The notes under the pieces were generated by a model, which was not told the origin of the DNA, ran no database searches, and saw only the letters and a list, made by a program, of their open reading frames with translations. A stretch of DNA of 62,789 nucleotides, counting the filler, from Stramenopiles sp. TOSAG23-6 (Eukaryota): assembly GCA_900128565.1 (NCBI GenBank). It is 15 parts of 15 records of this genome, joined end to end, with 100 filler letters (N's around TTAATTAATTAA, not from the genome) between each part and the next. Parts side by side here need not be neighbours in the genome. Positions count along the whole stretch, not along the records: positions 8,425 to 12,530 come from LT637264.1; positions 12,631 to 16,732 come from LT637265.1; positions 16,833 to 20,933 come from LT637266.1; positions 21,034 to 25,132 come from LT637267.1; positions 25,233 to 29,325 come from LT637268.1; 10 more parts are not named here. One strand, given 5' to 3'. The translations under genes were made by a program, and so were the position numbers. Shown in pieces: positions 11,399 to 25,573 of the stretch (within the stretch, counting starts at the first letter, position 1; the number at the start of each line of letters is the position of its first letter).

Positions 11399-12438
11399 TT
11401 ATTTTACATCTTGCATAAAACCTAATTTTGGTTTTATTAAAACATGCTTAATTTTCTTCTGNATCTTTTCAATTCTTTGGATGAAATGTAGCTGGACATT
11501 TCCTCTAATATCTAAAGTTTCCAAATTTCCAGAATACTCCAACATCTGTTCCTTTTTTTTAAATATATACAAATGTATCAAANTTTTACATCCAATAATT
11601 TTTAGATGTCGCATTTTGTTGAAAAATTTTGCACCACGAATATAGTAATTGTCTTCTGAGTAAAGTTGCTTTCCATCAGAGATCCAACCAGTTTCTGTAA
11701 AGGANGAGCAATTCTTTATAATTAATGTCTCTAACTGCATAATTTTACCGGGTGGATCGATTAATTGATCCAGTGTTTCNTCGTAAGTTCTATTCCATGG
11801 CCATGATTTTTCTTTAAATTTGTTGAATATTGCTAAATCTTTCTTTGGCTGAAGACCTTTNAGACTTTTTAAGTAATGACACTCTTCTATCCTCAACACT
11901 TTTAAAGCTTTACAATCAATTATACANGATAAATCAACAAGATAATTCATTCCATGAAAATGTATCTTCCTTAGTTTATTCAATTGTTTCAATATTTGCA
12001 ACTTCTTTTGATCTAATTGACAACAATTTGTTATAATTAAAGTTTCTAAATTGTGACAAACTGAAAGAACACCAATATCGACTAGACACCTTGCTTTGTG
12101 AATACAAAGTGAAGTTAGACTAGACACTCCGGATAACCACAAAGGTAGCACTGACAGTGACCAACAATGATTTAGTGTAATAGACATTTTAGTCATTTTC
12201 TTTATCGAATTCGTTTTTATTTATTGTGAAAAACATTTATTTTTAGACTTTTCGTTAGGTACGAAATTTAGTACAAAAAAAATTGAAATTCAATTTCGAA
12301 AACGTACATTATCTTCATTTGGTTTCGAGGATGACTTTCTGCTGAATGAATAGTTTGCATAAAAGTATCTTGCAATGACCTTTGCCCTATAATATTACCA
12401 TATCCATTCCAACCAATAGTAGATTCTAGTTGAACATC
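11399..12438 (-). CDS. LRR protein, C-terminal part (exons 12438-12308, 12218-11399)
   Basis: LETLIITNCCQL / LKVLRIEECHYL repeats; GT-AT intron 12219-12307 restores the frame. Confidence 0.75.
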
Positions 12439-12715
12439 ATGTATTTTAGAAAAATATTTCAAAAAAAATCCTTAGGTACAAAATTTCGTATGAAAAAAAA
12501 ATCAAATTTGAAAAAAAAATAAAACATACANNNNNNNNNNNNNNNNNNNNNNNNNNNNNNNNNNNNNNNNNNNNTTAATTAATTAANNNNNNNNNNNNNN
12601 NNNNNNNNNNNNNNNNNNNNNNNNNNNNNNTTGGAAAAATATTTCAAAAAAAAATCGTTAGGTACAAAATTTCGTACGAAAAAAAACTTCATACAAAAAA
12701 AAAATAAAACATACA

Positions 12716-15700
12716 TCTAACAAAGAAATAAATGTTTCATAAATGCATTTCCTTTCAGTTTCACTAACAGTAGTCGCTGAAGCATCTAATTCCAACGAAG
12801 ATAAACTAGATAGCACAACTTGTACAAGAGTGTCCGTGGTTGCAGTGCCGCCTGTATCCTTTTCATTTGATGAAGAGATATAATTTCTATCATCATCTTC
12901 AATATCGAGTTGAGACGTGACTTGGCGTACTCTAGCAGATTGAACTAAACCTTCAACCATCTTTACACTTTCATCAGAACGCACAGTAGATGGAGATGCT
13001 TCAAAAGCAGCAACTAATCCCTTCAAAGCTGCTTGGGCTAAAGGCTTGCGAGGATTACTATTTTTGTTATTAGCAATATCTGAAAGAATCTTAAAAATTC
13101 TTGTCCATGTTGTGACAGGTAAGGGCGAAACGAAAACGTCCTTAAATAACTTAAAAAAAACCTTCTCAAAAGGAGTTATGCGGTCGTATTTCAGTGCAAG
13201 AGAAACAGCTGATTGTGGATATAATTTCACACAAGCAAAATGTTTTCTTGAAGTAATTATCCTCATTTCACTCAAAAGATCCAACAGAGAATCTACAGTA
13301 TTCCCCCGCCAACATGAGTGATATTGTAACTCTCGGGCATGTACAAACGTTTTTGCAATGGCATTCAACAATGCACAAGCAACTTTTTCGTGTTCATTTT
13401 CAACAACAGAAGGACATAAACATATTTTTTTAAAGGCATTCCATACATGTTTTTGTAATTGAATCCAATGTTTTTCTTCCAACTTGGGTGTATTTAAATT
13501 TGTAACAATTTTATCATCCACGCATTTATTTTCTTCTAGATGATCATTTGAAACAATGTCTTCTATAGGAGATCCATCAATGTCGACATTTACAAGTGCA
13601 CCATCAACAACACGCATGCGTTCTGTGATATCGCCTCCTTCAGATTTAATTGTTTGACCACAAAGAGCTGACATCAAAAACATTTCTTGAAGAACATTCA
13701 CTGCAGCCAATTCAACCTCAAATGTATCCGATGTAGTACTCTTCTCCTGATTACCTCCTTGTAAAATAGCAATTTCTGCAGCACTTATTAAATGTTTCCA
13801 TGAGCTTAATAACCATTTTTGATGCAATTGGGAATTTTCTTGCTTTAACCAAAGTGATGTAAATATTTTTTTGAAAATCCGCGTCACACCATTCAAACAA
13901 ATAACTGTTGTTTCATACCATTGTTTTTCAGCAGTATCTCTTGTATGATGCATTAAGATATGGACTTTTTCACCAGAACGAGTTCGACCTAATTCTGCTC
14001 CCTGTACCTTACTATCCGTTGCTGCTGCACATGATTGCGAACGTTGTATTTCAGACAATAAAGGTAATAAACAATTCATAAAACAATGCTCCCAACATGA
14101 CAATGAAAAAACACTTCCAGAAGAAATAATTATATTAATGAGAGTTCGCAAAGCACAATTTCTGACTTCTGGGCGGGAGTCTTTTGATATTCGACTCAAT
14201 TCACCAAACAAAACAACCCACAACCCATTCATCTCCAGATTGAAATCTTTTACTATAATTGTAGGAGACACAATGACATTACTGTGATTATTTTTTAACG
14301 CAATTTTGGGGGAATGATTTGTGTTGCAAGTATTTTTCGGTGCTACTTTTTGCTTGATAAAATCCGCAGCAGTCCAAAATGTATTGATTGCAGTGAGTGC
14401 CACATTTATATCACCACGTTGATCACCATAACAACCTAAACAAAGTAAAAATTGAAGCAGTGCATGTATTTGTAAAGTACCTAAAAAATCATCAGCAATA
14501 AGATTAAGAGATTTAAATCCAATACCTATTTCAGAATCACGACTACCACCCGAGACATAGATATTTTCACCGCTACTATACGGCGAAGGAATATATTCTG
14601 GTACAGTTTCAATATCTACTGCCGGAGCACAAATAATCTCCATTGCGGGTGTCCAACCATCACTAATCACATCACCACAATTTACTAATAGTTGAAATAA
14701 ATCTTCAAGGACTCTCTTTTTAGTATCTACATATTCTGTCTTAAACATTTGCTGCAAAGTTCGTAGCATTTCACTTTGTCTTTTTCTAGGAATCGGATAA
14801 TTATTGTACTTTACATTGTTATTATTATCTGTATCCTTTTCTTGATCTTTCATATTAATATTGTTATTACTATCTGTATCCTTCTCTTGATCTTTCATAT
14901 ATAAAAGAGAATATTTTATTAATTCCGTTAGAGATTTCGTGGCAAACTCCCGTTTTGCTTTAGAACTAGACGATGCACATACCAACAAGTGTTCTTTTAT
15001 AATTTTCCACCAAATTGGTTCTAACAAACGAAAAATATTTTCATTTGCGACATCAATTAGTCTTTTAAAACCAAAGGAAATATCCTGTGGATAAGCTCTA
15101 CCTTTGACACGTTTTAAGACCATATTTGCATGAATAGATAAAGATTCCACTGCACTATCACGCTTTCCAATAAGTTGTGTCACACTAGCAGTTTTATATA
15201 AATTCCGTGCATGTGTTCCAATTATATTTGACACGGATAAACCAACTGCTGATGGAGAAAACGTCGATGATGACATTGATGCCCCAATCGAACTATTTTG
15301 TACAGTTGAGGAAGGTGGTAGTCCTTTTGATGTAGTACTCTCGACCCCAAGGCCTTCCATCGCCTTTTGTCTCATTCGTTGTAGTGCGTTTATTCTCGAA
15401 CTCTTTTCATTAACTACCTTTGATAAATTACGAAAAAATATTTTAAAATCGATTTTTTTGTTAGGTACAAAAAATTCGTATGAAAAAATAAATTGGAAAT
15501 TCTTGATGAAAACCTACATGTATCAACACTTAAAACATTTTTAGGTGATGTTTCTATTGTTGTCATGTCTATAGATATATTTTCCAAGTTTGATTTTACC
15601 GAGAGAGAAACTAAAGCAGTAATAAGAGATTGTAGAGCATCATCATTTATGGATTTACTTGAAATAAACAGTTGTTCCAATTCATTCAAAAATAGATTAA

Positions 15701-16675
15701 ATTCTGGATCAGTTCCTTCTAATGACTTAAGCATGTTAGAAGAATATACAATTTCAATCTTTTCATATACACTTAATAAAAACTCCCAATCATCTCCTAA
15801 TACAGAACTTAAATTTCTTCCAATACTTAACAGAGTTTTTGCTGACTTGACATGTTTCAAAGAAATTTGACACCATCCGTCATCATCCACGAAATCTTTG
15901 CTTAATGAAACTATCTCCCTCAGATGATCATCAACGGAAAATTTTTGAATTCTTTCATGTAATACTACAGGTTGCCATTGTTTAGGTAATGAAAATATTG
16001 ATAAAACAGTTACAAAAGCATTAAATGCTTCACTGTGACCCAAGTGTTTGCAACAACAAGAAAACATCTCGAAAGATTTCAATATTTTTTGCATTAATTC
16101 TATATCTGTACATACAAGCAGTGTGAAAAAATATTTCTAAAAGAAAAATTGTTAGGTACAAAATTTACTATGAAAAAAATTGAAATCCGTGATGAAAACA
16201 TACATGCAATAATGGAGACAGAGCAGCTAATGCAGGTTTCCATAAAGCTCGGATTATAGCATGTAGATCATCTTTTGTAGCTGTAATTTTAGTACTATTA
16301 TTCTCTACATTATTATTCAATTGATTCCACATGGAGCTCACTCGAGACATTAAAGAAAGAAAAGAAGATGCCGCCCACACTACTTGTGTACCACAACTAG
16401 CACACGTATATGTATTGTAAAAAAAATATTTCAATTTTTTTTACATTAGGTACAAAATTTTGTACGAAAAAAAAATTCCAAGTTGAAAAAAATAAACATA
16501 CATAGACTATTCGTATTTGTAATTCCACTTTGTCCAAGAATTATTGATTGGTCACTAAATTCTACGTAGCAATCGGAAAAGTATTCATCCCTTTTCTGGT
16601 TTTGATTAAGAAAAGACTGATAACTTTTCAACTCAGATGTTGTACAATTTTTTAATTGTGTGCGTATAAAATTAG
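12716..16675 (-). CDS. MON2: MON2 (endosome-to-Golgi trafficking), internal part
   Basis: DINVALTAINTFWTAADF, DSRPEVRNCALRTL and ILMHHTRDTAEKQWYET are MON2 hallmarks; introns 16410-16501 (GT-AT), 16116-16203 (GT-TT) and 15423-15517 (GT-AT). Confidence 0.9.
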
Positions 16676-16910
16676 ATGTATTGTGAAAAAATATTTCAAA
16701 AAAAAATCGTTAGGTACAAAATTTCGTACGAANNNNNNNNNNNNNNNNNNNNNNNNNNNNNNNNNNNNNNNNNNNNTTAATTAATTAANNNNNNNNNNNN
16801 NNNNNNNNNNNNNNNNNNNNNNNNNNNNNNNNTTTTAATTTTTTTTTTCATACGAAATTTTGTACCTAACAAATTTTTTAAATTTTTTTTTAAATATTAA
16901 ACAACAATTT

Positions 16911-18482
16911 ATGAATGGGCAATGTTACAATGGCAAAGTTAAATCTTGAAACTTGTGTGACATTTGCACCTGATGATGAAAAGTGTACTAAAATGCTACG
17001 AGTAATGACAAAACTGGACAAAGAATGGAAAGCTGCGGTACTTTGAAATATTTTTTGAAATTTTTTTTGACATTTTTTTTTCGTACGAAATTTCATACCT
17101 AACAAAAAAAAAAAAAAAAAAAATTTGAAATATTTTTCTACAATTTTAGAAAGCTGCAGAAAGTTCAAATAATTGGAAACTTGCAATTTATCATTTGGAA
17201 ACATTTTTAAATATGCCAGGTTTAGGTACCGGGTTTCCAATTATTCATAAAACACGACATTCTATCAATGAAAAACAGGAAAAAAATCATTCAAGTCAAA
17301 AGACAAAAAATAACCCTAACCCTAACCCCAACCCTATTATCCCTAAAATGCCAAAACATATTCAAAAAATCGTAACTAGACGAATCTGTACGGCATATGG
17401 ACGTTGGAGCTACTTACCTGCTCTTGGTTCAGCTGCTCATAATTGTACGCGAGCATTACGCCATGCAACAAGTGCAATGTATGGCCATCAAGAAGACGCA
17501 CGAAATGTTGGTACGTTTTTTTTTTTTTTTTTTTTTCATACGAAATTTTGTACCTAACAAATTTTCAAATTTTTTTTTTAAATATTTTTCACATGATTGC
17601 TGTTGATGAACGCATTCCAGTAGCTGAACTCTTTCTTGCTCGTTCATGGACAAGATTAGCACGTCGTTTATGGTCCAAAACTAGACAGGATTTATCAAAT
17701 GCTAAAAAATTACTTGCATGGGCGAACGATGATTATGAAAATTTAATGTCCTCTTCGAATCAATGGCGAGTTAATGGTGGATATTCAAAATATTCTGAAA
17801 AAAATTCTGAAAAAAATTTTGAAAAAAATTCTGAAAAAAATTTTGAAAAAAATTCTGAAAAAAATTTTGAAGAAAATTATGATGATTCACAACAGAAACA
17901 AAATGAACTTCGTACTTTATCAAATCTTTTAGATTTCCGATTACAATTTTTAGAAAAAGAGACAGATCGTCTTGAAGAGGAAGCAGAACAAGAAGAAGAT
18001 ATGTGTGTTTTATTTTTTTTTTTTTACAAAAAAATCGAATTTTTTTTTTCGTACGAAATTTTGTACCAAACAATTTTTTTTAGATTTTTTTTGGATTTCA
18101 ATTTTTTTTTTGTATAGAATAGTATGTACCTAACAAATTATTTGTTTTTGAATTTTTTTTTACAAAATTGGCATCGTTAATTGCACAATCTGAATTTAAT
18201 GATGTGTCCAAGAAAACGGTAGAAACTTTAGTCAATGCAGAAGAACAAGTAAACTTATTTAAACATCGAATACAGCGTACGTTTTCATTATGAATTTTTT
18301 ACCTAAATATTTAATTTTTTTTTTTTTTTTTATAAAAATTTTGTACCTAACAAATTTTTTTAGAATTTAATTATTTTTACAATACATGTCTGATTTTATT
18401 GAGCAATAAATACGAAGTTACAAAACGTAAATCATCTAAAACAATGCTTGAATATATACGACACAATAAAAACAATTTGTAG
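16911..18482 (+). CDS. TPR protein, DNAJC3/P58IPK-like, C-terminal part
   Basis: AKLNLETCVTFAPDDEKC.KMLR TPR-like motif; introns 17038-17149 (GT-AG), 17511-17599 (GT-TG), ~18003-18170 (ends uncertain) and 18277-18387 (GT-AT). Confidence 0.55.
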
Positions 18483-18639
18483 TAAATCATCTAAAAAAAA
18501 AAAAAAATTGCGTCGGTTTATATTTTATTTATTTTGTTGAACTTTTAAAATAATAAAACACAAAGTTTTTTCAAAATTTCAAAATTGAATATTCTATTTT
18601 TTTTTCATACGAAATTTCGTACCTAAGGATTTTTTTTTC

Positions 18640-20904
18640 TTATGAAACATTTCGAACACGTTTACAAAATTCCATATGAGCTGGCCAACCCAATTTATGA
18701 CATTGACCTTTACAAAATCTGACCTTTTTACATGCATGTATTGGGGAAAAATATATATTTTTTTTTTTTTAAATTTTTTGTTAGGTACAAAATTTCGTAC
18801 GAAAAAAAAATAGTTAAAAAATTGAAAAAAAGTAAAACATGCACAGCGTTTAATTGTAGATTTATGTCCCCAAATTTTACAATAATGACATTGAACTTCA
18901 CCTTTATGATTTCCATGTAATGTGAAAAAAATGTAAAAAAAAATTTACATTTTTGTTAGGTTCAAAATTTTTATAAAAAACCAAAAAAAAAAAAATTAAT
19001 TTTTTTTGAACATTTGAAATAATGAGAAACAAAAAATTAAATTTTTTTTGTTTTCTATGAAAATTTCGTATGAAACCAAAAAAAATATTTTTAATTTTTT
19101 TTGAACATTTGAAAATAATGAGAAACACATACATGATATGCTGCATATTCAGCTAAACGTTTTTGTTTCTCAGTTTCAATATCGCCCTTCTGACACGTGT
19201 CATCACTTTGACACGTGTCATGATCAATCATTTTGTTTTTTTTTATTTGTACTTGTATTGTATCATTTTGTTGTTGTTGTTGTTGTTGTTGTTGTACACC
19301 ATTAGGGTTAGGGTTTGAAGGCTCAATAATACAACGATTTGGTTCATTATGATCAATTCCAATCATTTGTTTTTGAGATTTTTTTTGAGATTCAGTAACC
19401 CTAACCCTAGTACTATGTTGTAAATATTTTTTACAATACTTTTGTATAATACTTGCAGCCCAATTTTTTTCAAACATTCCCAAATCTTTATCAAATGTTT
19501 TTTCTTCTCTATTTTCATTTTCAAATTCATAATTTTGTTCATTAGGGTTAGGGTTTGTCTTTTTTACTGTTTCATTCAAATTTAAAATTATATTTTTATT
19601 TATACAGACTGTTGTTTTTGTTGTCTTACCATCATTATTTATATGAAATGTTAATAATTCATTACAGTTTTGAAATTTTTCTAAGAAATTTTTAATGATC
19701 TAAAGTGTGAAAAAATATTTTTTTTTTTTTTTTTTTTTGGTTAGTACAAAAAAATTTTTTTTTTTTTTTAATTTACAATTTTTGAAACATACATTATTTT
19801 TATGAATTTTTTGTGTAAGCCACTCAACAGATTTCTTCATCATTTCAGGAACTACAAGTGAACCTACAAAACAAGGATACAAATTATTGTCTTGATTTGC
19901 AATGATAATTTTTGGTGTATTTTTTGTTATATACAGCATTGCATTATAATCAATTTTTACTTCTTGAAAAGTTTCCATCAAAAAAACACGAAAAACATCA
20001 TTTTTTAAAATTTGACCTTCTTCACCACGAAATATTTCTTTTGTAAATAATTTGAATGGCATTCCTTTTTTCTCATCATATATTGTAGAATTTCTATACA
20101 TTGATGATATGTCCAAAATTTTTTTTGTAATTTTGTTTTGTAATTCAATTATTGACTTGTCCAGCATTTCTTTTGCAATTTTGTCATTCTCATTCTCAAG
20201 CCAAAAATATTCCGCAGAACATTCTGTACCTAATGGAAACAAATTAAGTATTGACTTTTGAAGAATATCATGTTTGAACTCTTCCCAAGGTAGCCAAGGT
20301 AGGTTTAGGGTTTGTTTGAGATTTTCATTTTGATAATTTTGATTATGTTGATAATTTTGATTTTGTTCATTAGGGTTAGGGTTTATGCCGGGTGGTGGAT
20401 ATGATAAAGGGTTAGGGTTTATTTGTACACTTGATTCAATATCCAACATTGGCATCATCTCCTGAGTGTCCTGAGTATCCTGAGTTATAGTAGAAATATT
20501 ATCAGGTACTACTAACCCTAACCCTAATGAATCATCATTACACCCTAACCCTAATGAGTCATCATCAATTGTAGCACCTGTAGCCGACGAAGTGACATCT
20601 CCTACAACAATTTGTGGTCTTTGTGGTATTTGTGGTATGGATATTGGTGAATTCACTGCTGCTTCATTCGGTGTACCATGTAGTATACTACTAGGGTTAG
20701 GGTTACTAGTAGATTGTATTTCTTTTTGTACATCTAGGGTTGGGGTTTGTCTCATTTGTTTTTGGTCATTATCAGACAAATCTGCTTTTCCTTGAGTATT
20801 TCGAATTACATAATTTTGTTTTATAATCTCAGAAGCTGCCGTTTTTGAAATATTTTCATACTTTCCTGAAAAAAATTCAACTCGTAACAAATCTATACGA
20901 TATT
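18640..20904 (-). CDS. IQ-motif and MYND zinc-finger protein, C-terminal part
   Basis: Splicing yields CHYCKIWGHKSTIKRCACKKVRFCKGQCHKLGWPAHMEFC (MYND) and AASIIQKYCKKYL (IQ-like); introns 19700-19792, 18915-19132 and 18736-18842; stop TAA at 18640. Confidence 0.8.
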
Positions 20905-21114
20905 CATATTTTGTGAAAAAATATTTTTTTTTTNNNNNNNNNNNNNNNNNNNNNNNNNNNNNNNNNNNNNNNNNNNNTTAATTAATTAANNNNNNNNNNN
21001 NNNNNNNNNNNNNNNNNNNNNNNNNNNNNNNNNCAATTTTTTTTTTCAAAGTTTTTTTCATAGTAAATGTTGTACCTAACAATTTTTTGAATTTTTTTTT
21101 TTTCAACAATATAG

Positions 21115-22044
21115 GTGAAAGTCTTATCAATGTCAGTATTTCAGGTTCTACTGATGAAAAACAAAGTTATGTATTGCATTCGAATGATTTGAAGTTTGAT
21201 TTAGATACATTGGCTTTAAAAAAGAAAAAACGTCGTTTGAAAAAAAAGGGAAAAAAAGATGAAAATGTTGATGAAAAAACTGAAAATGATGTTGAAAATG
21301 ATGGTGAAAATGATGAAAAAGCTGAAAATGATGATGAAAATGATGAAAATGTTGATGAAAAAACTGAAAATGTTGAAAATGATGTTGAAAAAAATGATGA
21401 TGAAAAAAATGAAAATGATGATGATGAAAAAAATGATGATGCTGAAAATAATGATGATGAAAATAATGATGAAAATGATGATGAAAAAACTAAAGGAAAT
21501 GAAGTTGACACGAAACATTTAAAACAGGTTTGTACACTAATGATGGCACGAAATGGTAAAAAAGTTCTTTCAAATATTTCTGGTTTTTACAAAGATGTAT
21601 GTTTAAATTTTTTTTTTTTATTTCACAATTTTTTTTCAATTTTTTTCAATTTTTTTTTTCGTACGAAATTTCGTACCTAACAAAAAAAATGTAAAAAAAA
21701 AAAAATATTTCTTTACAATATTTATTACAAGTCATACATTACGAAAAAAGTTGTGCTACACGTGGCAAACTGTCTGTCATCAACCAGCGAGACCAAAATT
21801 ATTGAAACGTGAAAAATGTTTGGTTAAATTAATTAAAAATCTCCAAAACAAAGATTTTACAAATGTTGAAAAATTGTTGGATTGTGCAAAAAAAATTCCA
21901 AAAAAAAAGAAAAGTAAAAGCAAAAGTGAAAAAAATGATGAAAAAAATGATGAACAAAATAAAAACAAAACTGACCAAAATGAAGAAAAAGATGAAAAAG
22001 ATGATGAAAAAGATGATGAAAANGATGAAGAAAAAGAATTGTAA
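21115..22044 (+). CDS. Acidic low-complexity protein, C-terminal part
   Basis: D/E/N/K-rich exons joined in frame by GT-TT intron 21597-21723. Confidence 0.65.
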
Positions 22045-22257
22045 CCTCTCTTTTTTCTTTTTTTGTTAGGTACAAATTTTTGGTACAAAATTTATTTTGT
22101 ACACATTCAATTTTTTTTTTATTCAATTTTGAAAATGTCTGAATTTTTTTTTAAATAAAAAAAATTAAAAAAAAAAAGTAAAACATTCATTGATGTTTGT
22201 TTGTTTTTTTACATAAGATGTCGATCGATGAAGTCAATCAATACCGATTGCTTTTTT

Positions 22258-22328
22258 AGTTAGTACGATGAAAATTGAAAATTCTTCTACAATTTTGTAC
22301 CATTTTTTTTTTCATTAAATTTTGTAGC

Positions 22329-22364
<36 letters not shown>

Positions 22365-25039
22365 GTAAATTTTTTTTTTTTTTTTTTTTTTTTTTTGGTA
22401 GAAAATTTCATACCTAACTAAATGTTTTTAATTTTCTTGAAATATTTTGTAGAATATAGATGTTGTTGGATGGACTAGACTGAACGATTGTTTTGATCAT
22501 CAAGTAGCTGATATAACGCCATATACAATTCTTGCAGTATTACATATATGTATATACTTTTTTGCTCGATTTGAGGCGTCATTTGCATTTTGTGTATGTT
22601 ATCCATTAGGGTTAGGGTTACAATTTTATTTTCGTAGGAAATCGTGTACCTAACTGTTTTTATTTTTTTTTGAAATATTTCTTCACAAAATATGCACTTT
22701 TATACATTTCTTGGGTTTGTATAGATTTCACTTATACTGGTAAAACAATTAATCAACAGATATGGCAAGGAATATGTATGTTTTATTTTTTTTTTCACAA
22801 AAAAATCGAATTTATTTTTATAAAAAATTTGTACCTAACAAATTTAAGTTTTTTTTTTTTTTGAAATATTTTTCCAAAATACATCATTACTTCTTGCATT
22901 TGTGTGTGGTTCTTTCGTAGATGATGTTGATTATTTATCAAAACAAAATGGATCTATTCAAAACCTTCCTGCAAATCTGACGTCATCATTTTTCAATGAG
23001 GATGCAGCTTATAATTATGCCCAAAATAAGTATGTTGTACGATATTTTAGTGATTTCAGAGCTGTCATTATTCTTGTTCTTCATGCAAAAGACAAAATCT
23101 TTGAATGCATTACTATTGTTGGCTCTACATTGTTTGGAGTATTTCATTATTCCATTGTTACGGAATTATTCAAATATTTTGCTTGTACGTTTTTTATGTG
23201 AACCCAATTTTTTTTTTACGTTTTTTTTTTTTACGTTTTTTTTAATGTTTTTTTTATGTTTTTTTTAATGTTTTTTTTATGTTTTTTTTTTGTTTTTTTG
23301 CAATGCAAAACAAAAATGTGTACCTAACAAATTTTGCAAATGCTTTGAAATATTGTATCAAAGTAAATGTTTAATTCCAATTTGTTTAGGACTTTCATGG
23401 ATACATTGGAGTACAAAAAGATCTCACAGACTTTCACGAAAAAGAGCATGTATGTTTAATTTTTTTTCAATTTGGAATTTTGTTTTTTATAGTAAATTTT
23501 GTACCTAACATTTTTTTTTTTTTGAAATATTTTTCCAAAATACATTTATTGCAACTACAGAATGTATGAATAGTCGTGAAAGTTTTTCGACTGTGATGAA
23601 GGATGTTCCCGTGTACCTGAAATTTCCAAACGCTGCTGAACAGTGGCTCGAATCTTCTGCGTGGCTTCAGCAATTATTAAATATGATGTGGCCGTTTTTA
23701 CGTCCATGTATCAATCAGGCAATTATAGCTAAAATTGACCCATTGCTTGATTTTTCAAAACCTAGTTTTATTACAAAACTTTGGATTGATTCACTTGATT
23801 TAGGATCAACTCCTCCAGCCCTCGGAGGAATTGCTGGAGGAAATAGACCTCCTCTTCGTGATCATGAATATGATTCACCTGTAATGGATATTGACTTAGA
23901 TCTTGATTGTAAAAGTGTACGTTTTCATTTCAATTTTTTTTTTCAAAGTTTTTTTCATAGTAAATGTTGTACCTAACAATTTTTTTTCAAATTTTTTTTT
24001 GAAATATTTTTTCACAGTGCATGATTTTCGCTTTGTTATAGGTGTGAGATTGTCTACCGGTGGTACTTTACGTTTTGGTGCAACAAAACTAGGTATACGT
24101 GGTATGCTGCGACTAGCAATGACGCAGCATAAGTTATGTGGTTCCGGTTTCCAAGCGCTTGACATCTCATTTACAGAAAATCCAATACTTGAATTAGGTT
24201 TATTTCGTACAAAGAAAGGATCTTTGACGAGCTCTTTGACTGGTCCAATCATGTCATTCCTTCAAAGAGATTTAGTTGCTATTCTTGCAGCAAAGATTGT
24301 ATGTTTTGTTTTTGTATTTTTTTTTGTATTTTTCTTTTTGTATTTTTTTTGTATTTTTTTTGTATTTTTTTTTCTTGTTTTCTAACAAAAAAAAAAAAAA
24401 AAAAATATTGTACACAAGATATGTATACCCCAATCAGTATCATTTAGATTTGGAGTGGGTAGAGGATGAACTAGGAAAGAACATGGATGAAGAGACAATT
24501 GAAAATGTGAGAGGCTCATTAGTAGTTGACATTGTGAAAGGAAATCATGTACGTTTTTTTTTACATTTTTTTACATATTTTTTTTTATAAGAAATTTTGT
24601 ACCTAACAAATGTTTGAATTTTTGTTTTGAAATATTTTTACACAATGCATCTAAGGGTCATTGGAGGGCAGAATCCTTTAAAAGCTAAAAAAAACTGTTT
24701 TTTTTGTAAAACTTCTGTTCAATCCAAAAAGTATATTTCAAGTGTAGTCCAGAATTCAAACCAGCCAGTATGTATGTTTTATTTTTTTATTTTTGAGCCT
24801 TAAAAAAAATCGATTTTTTTTTTCATACGAAATTTTGTACCTAACAAATTTTTTTGAATTTTTTTGAAATATTTTTCCAAAATACATGGAATCAAAAAAT
24901 AGAATTTCTGATTCAGGATATTACTACTGCAAATTTAACCGTTGAAATTTGGAACCATAATAAGAAAGGAGAAGATATTTTGATTAAAACACTTCAATTT
25001 CCTCTAAAATGTCTTGACACTTCTCCTTTTGTAGAGTAT
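22258..25039 (+). CDS. Extended synaptotagmin/tricalbin-like protein (TM segments, SMP domain, C2 domain; 3' truncated; start uncertain)
   Basis: ESSAWLQQLLNMMWPFL...SLDLGSTPP (SMP), AKIVYPN, and NQPVWNQKIEF (C2) are restored by eight GT-AT introns from 22594-22693 to 24772-24887. Confidence 0.85.
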
Positions 25040-25343
25040 GTATGTTTTATTTTTTTTTTTTTTAATTTTTATACGAAATTTTGTACCTAACAAATTTTTT
25101 TTTTAGAAAATTTTGAAATATTTTTCCAAAATNNNNNNNNNNNNNNNNNNNNNNNNNNNNNNNNNNNNNNNNNNNNTTAATTAATTAANNNNNNNNNNNN
25201 NNNNNNNNNNNNNNNNNNNNNNNNNNNNNNNNAAATTTTTTACCTAACAATTTTTTTTTTTTTTTTTTTTTTTTTTTCATAGAAAATTTTTTTATAAAAA
25301 TTAATTTTTTACAAAAAAAAAAAAATATTTTTTCACAATACAT

Positions 25344-25537
25344 GTATTCCTTCTAGTAATGTATGTACGAGCCCTAAAGATACTCGGACGTACATGTCAC
25401 AAATATCTCCATTTTTATCAAATATAGGTTTGGATAGAGCAGTACATGAAAAAGCTCCTATCAGTGTTCGTCAAGGAAATGATATGAAAATATTATTTGC
25501 TGGTTGTGGTACAAGTAGACAAATGTTTGTTTTCATC

Positions 25538-25573
<36 letters not shown>

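Noticed and set aside
21167-21522. Overlapping F/S/I/M-rich ORFs
   Set aside because: Shadow frames of low-complexity acidic coding sequence.
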